From Phallusia mammillata (Eukaryota), in NCBI GenBank assembly GCA_965637545.1, contig OZ281500.1:22320001-22384000 (forward strand): a stretch of DNA of 64,000 nucleotides, written 5' to 3'. This document shows, piece by piece, positions 54,506-64,000 of the stretch; positions within the stretch are counted from its first letter, which is position 1, and the number at the start of each line of letters is the position of its first letter. A program made the position numbers and the translations under genes. The notes beneath the pieces were generated by a model, which was not told the DNA's origin, did not search any database, and saw only the letters and a program-made list of their open reading frames with translations.

Positions 54506-57500
54506 ATGATCCGTGCCACAACTGGACGCCCTCCTCGGATTTCAGGAAAAGATGGTGTAGGAATTATTCGTCCATCATCTGCTAATGCAAAATTGCAGTC
54601 CTATTCTTACTCCAGCCTCACCAATGAAAAACGTCCGGCCACTTCAGCAGTCACTCGAACTCCATCAGTGATTCCAGTTCAAACTAAAACCCCAGAAAAA
54701 GTAGCACCTCCTATACTTGGTAGGTTTTCTCTGTTTATGTTGGGTTCCTTGGCTTGAACTGTTTTTTCTTCCATATTTGGAGCATGTCTAAATACCCAAG
54801 TTTCATAGAAATAACATCTGAGCTAGACATATTTTTACACTATTGTTATAGAATTGAATACCTGTTATATATGTCTAACTTAGTAAAGTAACATGATAAA
54901 AAACTGAATAAAAAGATCAGTTATGGTGATTGCAATTCATAAAAATAAGGAGTAATGTTAGTATTTTTATAGATCGTCGATTAACATTGTGCACTGTCCA
55001 TGGAATTGGAGAAAATGCAAAAGTGCTTACAAGACTTAACACACCTGCTAGTTCTATGAAAAAAATTAAGGTAACATATTCTATGCATTTTTCCACAAAT
55101 TTTCAAAAAAAAGCTGTCCACTAATTACTGTTTTAAAACCCAAAAGATAGCATTCTTTTAATGCGTTTAATGAAAAAAGCAGACAAATTTACATTTTTGC
55201 TCTATTTAGACAATATTATGTGTGAAAATCTACAAATTTTTATTTGTCCTCTTGCAGTGCACTCACTCATGAATAAACCTTTTAATCACAGATTGAAGAA
55301 AGAATAACTCTAGACCAACTACACAAGATCAAAACAGCATTTGAAGTATAAATTTGCATAAAATTTTGCTTAAACTGTTAAACGCCATGCAACTTTTTCA
55401 TTTAGCTTTTTCGGCCACTGCTTTTCACCAACTGAATTAGAAACTGAACATAAAATCCTAAAGTCCTTGATGGCGTTTATGTGAAGTACCCATCATTAGT
55501 TGTTCAATGCCACTTAACATATTGATTGAAAGTACTGGCGAACTCAATTACGTATTGTAAAATCTCATTGTACAGCCCAGCCTGGAAAATGTACAGTTAG
55601 CAACATGTAAAAATGGCATCGATTAATTTATCAACCTTAATGAGTGCACTTGTTAAACTCCAGGAGGCAGATACGGATGGAAGTGGAACTTTGGACATTG
55701 ATGAGTTTAAAATTGTTGTCAAAACCTGTCTTGGTGTGAAAGGAAGGGTAAGGTTATTTGCACTGTTCTATTTCGATTACATGCATGTAAAAGTGAATTT
55801 GAATGTTCTAGAATGAAGAACAGATTGTCGCCTTGTTCATGAAAATTGATTCCTCATCTGATGGTGAAATCGATTGGGTAATATTAGTGTGCCTGTTTGT
55901 CATTTCAAGAAATGCTGCTTCTTGTGTCTAAAACGTATACAAATGTTTTAGTTCGCTGGAAAAGTTTGATTTGTTGAAACTACTTAGACATGTGCGTCTT
56001 AAAACTTGGGAAAATAGTTTTCTCAACTTGTAATTGTTTTTAAATTTGTGAAAGTTTTTGATTCCTTTTGGGTTTGTAGTTTAAATGATAAAAAAGTTTT
56101 TATTGGTTTTTCTGCCAATATCATCTCCAAATCTGATGTACCTTAAATAAATCTCTATCTAGGATGAATTTTGCACATACATGCAATTGGAATACGCTGA
56201 AAAAGAAGAAGCCATATTAAGATCGAAAAGAACTGGATTTATCCTTCCCGCTCTGTCCACCTCCACTCCCCATCACAAGGCTCCGGTACTGAGGATTATT
56301 TGCCTTCCAGATTCATCTTACATGTGTGCAGGCCAGGTATATCATATTTTATTTACCACAGTTAAATACGACTTCTAAATATTAGAATGTATCAATCACA
56401 ATTTTTAAAACTTTAGATTATGGTTGTGGCCCCAGAATTTTCAATGTTAGCACCAGCCACCAACCATATAGAAGGGCCAGTTAGAAAATTATTAAATAAT
56501 GTGGTTTATCAAAAGGCCTTTGCACTTTATTAAATTATAACCACTGGCTACAATTTGATGTAAAAACATCAGCATAATTTATAATGTATATCAACACATA
56601 TACATTAGTTTGCTCGTCCCAAAAACTTTTAAACTTATCATGCAGTATGTAAGTTGTGTAACTTATTTTTTTTTTAACATAAGAATCTCAAGTTTTTTTT
56701 TCAAATAAAGGTTGCATTTGCAATCTAGTTTCACCAGGTATACTTTGCCATGGTCTGCAGTAAAAAAAAATATTCAAAAAATTGTTATGTCACCCTCAGG
56801 GTTTATGAAGCAGCAAAATTTTATTTACCTCCTGAAAACGCCAAACAACATTTAAACTAATCAACGCAGCTTGCCAGAGGTCCCGCTTGGGTCAACTTGG
56901 CAACATCCAAGTAACAATGGATGACAATACTCGTGTATCCATCGTATTGTCTAGCGAAGCTATTTAACACTATTCAGTTACGTCGGTTTCCATGTTTCAA
57001 AGGTTTAAAGCGTCCATAAACAAAACCCGTTGGAACCCCGCGTTTTTGAATTGTCGTTTCTGCAAATGTGAGTGTTCGTTTTGCAGTTTTCATGCATACT
57101 TAATAAACAATCCCATTTTGTAAAATACCAAATATGGATTCGAAAAGTACCTTAAATATAGCCTAAATTGAGGGTGGTACACATTTAGGATTGGCAAGTA
57201 CATGCCGGTACTCTTTTGCATTGAAGAACTGACTTTGCTGTTCTGATTGAGTTCATGTTTTGAGGCCCTCACACAGCGCGAAAAAGTCCTTATTGCCTCA
57301 CAATAGACACATATTGACTTGCAATTTGATGAATAACGTCTCATTTAAAGTTATACCAACAGCAATCCCTTTGATAGCTGTATACAGAAAGCGTTTGTGG
57401 GAAGCACAAAGGCTACCGTCGGGAGCATGCTTCCAGCGTGACAGGATTAGGACCACTTAGGCCTAACCAGTGTCGGAGATTTATACTAAGTTTGGAAATA

Positions 57501-60500
57501 TAATATATTTACAACTTGAAGTTTTTCTTAGTGATATATTTCTTGTCAATTTCGCAACGTTTTGTTGAAAGAGTAATTTGAGATTGAAAATCTCCCCATT
57601 CGGTCAAAACAAGTTTGCATTGTTTCTGTATCTAATAGTTTTAAACTGAAAGGATTATAAGAAAAAATAACATTGCTTCTCATAAGCGGCTTAAATAATT
57701 CGTGTTCAAACACGGTTAACAAAGATATTGCTGATTTAAGTTGCTCAACCATTAATCCTCTGCTATCCAAACTTTTTCATCTTACGCAAATCATCACACT
57801 CTCAGCCACGTACAATAATATTATTCTAGTCCTATTTGACGAAGACATCCCAGACATTTATCCTTTATTCTTTGCCACAACAAAGCACGTCCCAATGTCA
57901 ACAGTATTAAAGCCTGTCTGTAGGCTTAAAAGGTCCAAAAAGTCCCATCAATGCCCCCCATTTAAAATATCGGTTGTCTTCGTACAAGATAAAATGACAG
58001 ACCTCTTAGAATGAGGAGGTAAAATACCTGTTCTTTTCGAAAAAAGTGACACGCCGGTTCTATTCCAATAAGGGAAAATGGCGATTTTTTTTCAAAGACC
58101 TTTGAATGCCAATTCTGTTTAAATGGGGCAAAATTCCGGTTTTCTTTGAAAAAGTTAAAATGCCGGTTCTGTTCGAATAAGTTAAAATACTGGTTCTATT
58201 CGAATCAGTTAAAATACTGGTTCTATTCGAATTAGTTCAAATACTGGTTCTATTCGAATTAGTTCAAATGCTGGTTCTATTCGAATTAGTTCAAATGCTG
58301 ATTCTATTCGAATAAGGTAAAATCCTGGTTCTATTCGAATAGGTTTACACATAAAATCTTTTCGCGAGCTTCTGCAAGAAACGATTTAATCTGGTATTAT
58401 GGTTTATCTGAACTAGGCGCTCCAATGAGGTATGATTGTACAAATTGCAACTCACGCAAAAGAACAAGAACCGCCATTCAGTAATGCAGTAATGTATATT
58501 TTGTGTTATTTTTCGTTTCAGGATGGCCTTCTTACATTTTGGTCGCCGAATCTCAAACTGAACCGTAGCAAGTCGATCTTAGAAAGTTTACCTGCAGAAC
58601 GACCAGCTTTTGTCAACAAACCATCAGTGGTGGGTTGCGTTAAAGTGTGAATCAAATTTTTTTTTATGTTTCGAAACTTTTTAAAGCATGACTTCGAATA
58701 ATGTTTGTGCATATTCAAGAAAAACTAAACTTTTTTTACAAAATTGTTGCTGCACTTGTAACTAAACTATAGGTTAGGCTGATCCCAGTTATGAATTTAT
58801 GTTCATCTTAACTGATACTGGTCAATCTGGCGATCCCCTACTACGAAGCTGACATGTGCCGCATACGAGGCAGGCAACGGTGCTTGTGATTCGACTTTCG
58901 GCGGATTCTCCACTGAGCCTGTGTTGCTCAGTTGGTAGAGCGCGAGTCCCGGAAAGACTCCTGTCGTGGGTTCGAATCCCACCGCAGGCTAGATTTTTCT
59001 AGCCTACGCCTTGCCATATGGTGGTGAATGCTTGGTGACCGGCTGATTCGGTATAGCGCCTTCAATGAACATGGCGTACTGTGATTTATATATGAGTTTG
59101 CCGTGACCGCTGGTCTGCATAGATGCTTCAGGGCTGATCCCAGTTATGAATTTATGTTCAACTTAACTAAACTATAGGTTATTCTACGCATTTGTTAACA
59201 GAAATGAAAGTGTTACCATGCAGTACATTTGCAACTACTGCTTGTGTTAAGGCACGACTGAACATTTACTGGAGTTGTAAATCGGGCCGGGGTTTACGGG
59301 TCAGACTAGCGCTTGAATTTGAATAAAACGGGCTTGGTTCTGACTTTGTCAAACACTCTGTCAACTTTTGTATTGTAATTTCACGTTGGTTAATCTGACG
59401 ATATGGTCTATAAGATTGAGTTCAGGCCTGGTTTGTGACTTGTACTTTCGGGTTCTGGCTACTGCAATAAAGTTCAACATATTTGAATACCGACTGCTTA
59501 ACTCGCACAATACATTAAATTTCTCAATACCTTTTCAGTGGGTTACCGACGCTGCCATGGTTACCGCGCACGGCAAACTGCTAGTGGGCACTGGAGAGCG
59601 CGAAATTCACTTCTATGACGTCATGACGTTCGAATTTTATTGTCAAATTATCGGGTTGGACGCGGTGCCTCTCAGGATCGACTTGTGCCAAATGGAGAAT
59701 GACGAATGTCTCATCGCATATGGAGATGACCAGGTGGGAAGGAGGTTTTGAATTGTATTCGTTCACATACGCTGTTGCACGAGGAAGTTAGAAAGACTGG
59801 GCATGTGGTACGCCAGGCCTATAGAAACCATGTGCAACGGATCTTCTGAGGTAAACTTTACCACGCGACAACGCCTGGGCTAAAAAGACTAGAAGCCTGC
59901 GATTGGATTCAAATCCGCGACTGGAACTTATCTGGGCCGATTTTTATTACATATAATATTAGCTATCGTTTAAAGATGAATAGATTTCGACCTTAACAGT
60001 ATAACTGAGCAATATTTGTAGGCGAAATTTCGTTTAATTCACATAATATAGAAAAAATAGGAAAAAAAAGAAAAATCATTCTATGGTTTTCTATGAAAAG
60101 GCCACTGTCTTTATTCTTTTGAAACTTTCTTAGACCCTGACAATTAATTTAAAAACGTAATGTAACTATTTTTCAACAATGAAACGAAAAAAGTGTTTTT
60201 GCGTAAAAGTCAAACGATGTACTTTTATTGCAAAAAGTTTTATATTGTGCATTTCTTAAAAATGCAAATGAAAAATTGTTCAGGGTTGCATCAGCATTCT
60301 TATGTTCACATCGATTGGTGATACCCTGCGCACCTGGAAGAAAGTTGCCAAAGTGAACGGGATTCCAACCGTGACGATGCATGACGTAGCAAACGGAAGT
60401 GGGACGTCATTTGTTAAATGGAAAGTTCACGAAGATTGGGTGACAGAGGTAGAAGAAATTTTGTGTTTTGTAGCTGTATATAAAGCTTTTGTTATTTAAT

Positions 60501-63338
60501 TGGCTTTTTTTGTAATTGAGCAACCTATACTATAGCTGCATAACTTTTATGAATACACCAAAACCCAACACATTTTCGTACGTCTGGTCCGCGAGAGACG
60601 CTATTCTGTGCCAAGTTAGTCCCCTAGGCATGCCCATGTTGTATAATGCGTTACCATGACAAAACTAGACTGTGGTGGGATTCGAACCCACGACAGGAGC
60701 CTATACAATTGCATTTCTCCCCTTCTCAAATGTGTTACAATTTAGAAAACAACTCAAGTTTACAAGTCTGTTTGTTAAACCAAGGTTAAGAATCACCAAA
60801 CTATATACGGCGTTAAATCTTCGGACGAGAAAGACATTACGTTGTTCGTTTAACATGGAAATAAACACGAAATTATTACACTCAAAATATGTTTTTACAG
60901 TTACGATATTATCACGAACTTCGCTCAGTGATTTCAGCATCCAACCATGCAGCAACTGCTCTTGTTCGAGGTAAGTACGTCACTTAATATTTTCATGTTG
61001 CTGCGCTTGCGCATGTAATGTGTTGGTTTATCTAGCATCGACAAGTTGCATTCAACAAGTTAATTTAAATAAAGTATATCTTGTTAAAAGATTAAACAGT
61101 CTTTTTTAGTACATTGCTCTATCTATAGTTTACCACGTCACTTAAAATGTCTTTCGGTTTGATTTAAAATTTTGTTCCCCACAAATTGTATTCAAATGAA
61201 AGGTTACTCTTCCACGTCTAACATACGACTTCTTCGTAGGTTGTACTTTAGCCAGCACAGCCCTGGACCGACCACGCCAGGGACCACTTGCTCCCAGCCA
61301 CTCGGTGACGCCCTCCCAGACCGGCCCTAAACCGACCCGACGTAATCACAGCATGGCGCCTCAGAGGCGCCAAAAGACCGACCAATCAGTTTTCTATGTT
61401 TACAAGGGAGTGAAGACCTTCGACTTTTGCAAGGAAAGCAACATAATGGCGTCGGGAGGTGAGACCATGTCACAGTTGTAACTTGTGACGTCAAAATGCG
61501 TAAGTTATGACGTCATAATGTTTCATCAACGTCATAAACAACGCATAGGAGAAGTGTAACGGCATTATTTTTCTTTTTGCGTATACACAATGACTCCATG
61601 AAAAAAAGAAAAATGCAGAAACGTGATTTTTATTTGAGTCGAAAATTTCGAATAAATAAGCAGACAATAATCCGTACTAAGTCATGTGTTTTTACTTTTG
61701 CTTTAAGAATTACGATTTTTGTAAAAATTAAAGAAAAACTATTTGTTTTGAAGGCATGGACCGAATTGTTCGATTGTGGAACCCGTACGTTCCGCAGAAA
61801 CCCACAGGTTTATTACGTGGTCACAATTCGCCTATTGTGTTTATCTCGATAGCTGGCGAAGATGGGAGGATTTTCAGTGTTTCTGCCGATAAATGCGTCA
61901 AGGTGAGAATTTTATTACTTAACAACTGTCTTGTAAAATTAAGTTTGCATTCTAAAAAAAAACACGAAACGGTTTAAAGTAGAATTGTCATATTGATTTT
62001 AAACGATTGCATGCAAAAAAAATTCCAACACTTGATTAGTTTGCAACATAATACTGTCACAGAAATAATCTATAGTTTAGATCACGCTATTTTTCAGGTC
62101 AAGCGTTTCTTGGGGTTTAAGAAACGAACTCTTTAAAGCAGTGTACTTGGTATTGTTGAATTTCCCGTTACTTAGCAAAAATCAAAAAGCGTACGCGTGT
62201 TTTAATTTAACAAGTTAAATTTTTAGGTAGATTTAAACCGCATATTAAACGTGTTAAGCTTTTTACGTGTATACCCTTTCAGGTCAAGCGTTTCTTGGAT
62301 TTTAAGAAACGAACTCTTTAAGCAGTGTACTTGGTATTGTTGAAAAAAGCGTACACGTATTTTAATTTAACAAGTTATATTTTTAGGTAGATTTAAACCG
62401 CATATTAAACGTGTTAAGCTTTTTACGTGTATACCCTTTCAGGTCAAGCGTTTCTTGGATTTTAAGAAACGAACTCTTTAAGCAGTGTACTTGGTATTGT
62501 TGAAAAAAGCGTACACGTATTTTAATTTAACAAGTTATATTTTTAGGTAGATTTAAACCGCATATTAAACGTGTTAAGCTTTTTACGTGTATACCCTTTC
62601 AGGTCAAGCGTTTCTTGGATTTTAAGAAACGAACTCTTTAAGCAGTGTACTTGGTATTGTTGAAAAAAAGCGTACACGTGTTTTAATTTAACAAGTTAAA
62701 TTTTTAGGTAGATTTATACCGCATATTAAACGTGTTAAGCTTTTTACGTGTATACCCTTTCAGGTCAAGCGTTTCTTGGATTTTAAGAAACGAACTCTTT
62801 AAGCAGTGTACTTGGTATTGTTGAAAAAAGCGTACACGTGTTTTAATTTAACAAGTTAAATTTTTAGGTAGATTTATACCGCATATTAAACGTGTTAAGC
62901 TTTTTACGTGTATACCCTGTCAGGTCAAGCGTTACTTGGATTTTAAGAAACGAACTCTTTAAGCAGTGTACTATGTATTGTTGAAAAAAAGCGTACACGT
63001 ATTTTAATTTAACAAGTTAAATTTTTAGGTAGATTTATACCGCATATCCAACGTGTTAAGCTTTTTACGCGTATAACCAAAGTTTAAAAAGTTTTCAAGG
63101 GATTCACAGCCCTCTTGCAATTAAATGGAATGTGTGATTAGTCGATATGCAATTACACAGAATCGTATATATTTCATTTTTTTCAGGTTTGGGATTTGAT
63201 GGAGCAAAATTGTTTGGTGACTGTAAACCCGAAACTTCACAAGATACGCGGAGAAATTCTCACATGCGCTTATGCCCACCACTGTAGAACTATCGCCATA
63301 TCCACAGACCAACTTGCATTGCTCCGAATAACGCAGAA
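54506..63338 (+). CDS. EF-hand + WD40-repeat protein of the WDR49/WDR64/WDY (cilia/flagella-associated) family, 5' portion; continues past the window
   Basis: Exons: 54506-54719, 54973-55070, 55292-55345, 55664-55747 (EF loop DTDGSGTLDIDEF), 55812-55877 (DSSSDGEIDW), 56163-56336, 58522-58629, 59539-59733, 60284-60448, 60901-60970, 61240-61458, 61754-61902 (GMDRIVRLWNPY...GHNSPI), 63187-63338. All are GT-AG and in frame. The paralogue cannot be assigned without a search. Confidence 0.87.
57600..57990 (-). mobile_element. Possible highly decayed non-LTR reverse-transcriptase fragment
   Basis: Frame-shifted translation gives FLDL...(A/G)FNTVD followed by LLWQRI..., resembling the LINE RT motif FxDLxKAFDxVxH. 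Many stops. Confidence 0.3.
58028..58342. repeat. 27-bp minisatellite: 7 well-conserved units plus ~4 diverged upstream units
   Basis: GGTTCTATTCGAAT(T/A)AGTT(C/A)AAAT(A/G)CT units start at 58165, 58192, 58219, 58246, 58273, 58300 and 58327. Confidence 0.92.
58776..59163 (+). mobile_element. Longer-than-unit copy of a 355-bp tRNA-containing repeat, flanked by a 17-bp TSD
   Basis: TSD TAACTAAACTATAGGTT (58759-58775, 59164-59180); terminal direct repeat 58777-58813 / 59132-59168; tRNA-like cloverleaf at 58917-58990. Confidence 0.88.
59875..59925 (-). repeat. Degenerate fragment of the tRNA-containing repeat; other B-box remnants lie near 37355 (+), 48385 (-) and 60672 (-)
   Basis: GGCTAAAAAGACTAGAAGCCTGCG.T.GGATTC.AA.CC.CGAC aligns to the reverse complement of 58964-59003. 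Confidence 0.5.
62092..63077. repeat. Intronic tandem repeat, 160-bp unit x6 (first unit 185 bp)
   Basis: Units start at 62092, 62277, 62437, 62597, 62758 and 62918 and are nearly identical. Confidence 0.96.
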
Positions 63339-64000
63339 GTAAGTTGAACGAACTTGGTTTTGTACATTAAGCAATTGTGTCCATGCGAAAGTGAACTTTA
63401 ATACAGTTGGGATAACTATTTTTCATTTTCTGGATTTATTCGATTACGACTTCAATGTTTTGAAAACTAGTTCATAGCAAATTTCGTAAATTTCATTTAA
63501 GGAAAGTATTCCGGGTAATCGCATAAGTTAAAATTAAAAAGAATTGTGTATGTACATAGTTATGTCTCAAACATAAATTACCACAGAAACACCCAGAAAT
63601 TGCCGCCATCGATGGCTTTACGCCTAAAACAGTAAGTTTGGTAAAACTTTGATACGAGCTTTGCAGTGAAATTCCGTTGAAGTTTTGCGTGGATGTTGGT
63701 TTGGTTTGAAACGTTTTTTCCGTGTTTGGTCAAACCGTTATGTGGCTTTGCTTCCACGAGTGCAATTTTTATTTTGTAACTTGCAGTCACATATGTTATC
63801 AAAACCTTTCACAGAAGTTGTGTTGGTGTGTTAGAAATTTGATATTCTTTGGTTAAAAAGTTTTCGTGTGTACCATTTGCTTATGAATTTCTTACGGTAA
63901 TGTTGTAAAAAGGTTGTTGTTTATCATTTTTGTGATGATTTGATGCTTTACATAAGTGTTTATTTCGTCTTAAAAGTGCAAACATTTCTTGTAAACGTTT

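Noticed and set aside
58028-58342. CRISPR-like array
   Set aside because: The units abut with no unique spacers, the context is eukaryotic, and there are no cas genes.
58917-58990. Functional tRNA-Ser(GGA) gene
   Set aside because: C at position 33, an extra base before the anticodon stem, a short variable arm, and location inside a TSD-flanked dispersed repeat.

Overview
AT-rich eukaryotic (intron-containing) DNA, most likely from an ascidian tunicate, since it carries exact copies of the Ciona-type 16-nt spliced leader. The ORF track is mostly fragments, so I rebuilt gene models by hand from GT-AG sites and frame continuity. Six genes are present. (1) The last exon of a TPR protein (+, 297-374). 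(2) BLOC1S5/Muted (-, 962-1690). (3) A 15-exon TMTC2 O-mannosyltransferase (+, 3865-49547). (4) An 8-exon, ~968-aa rhodopsin-class GPCR of the NRY-motif Tre1/Moody/GPR84/melatonin-like group, nested antisense in TMTC2 intron 11 (27423-37951), with a ~630-aa third intracellular loop. (5) UFM1 (-, 52274-53319). (6) The 5' part of an EF-hand + WD40 gene of the WDR49/WDR64/WDY family (+, 54506 to beyond 63338). Introns hold five intact hAT-type MITEs with 8-bp TSDs, a dispersed tRNA-containing repeat family and two tandem repeats. The most unusual signals are: a longer-than-unit tRNA-like element with terminal redundancy and a 17-bp TSD; antisense spliced-leader copies, several of them near TMTC2 acceptors; an SL-like minisatellite; and a densely base-paired ~180-nt intronic element. 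No homology searches were run; family assignments rest on recalled motifs.
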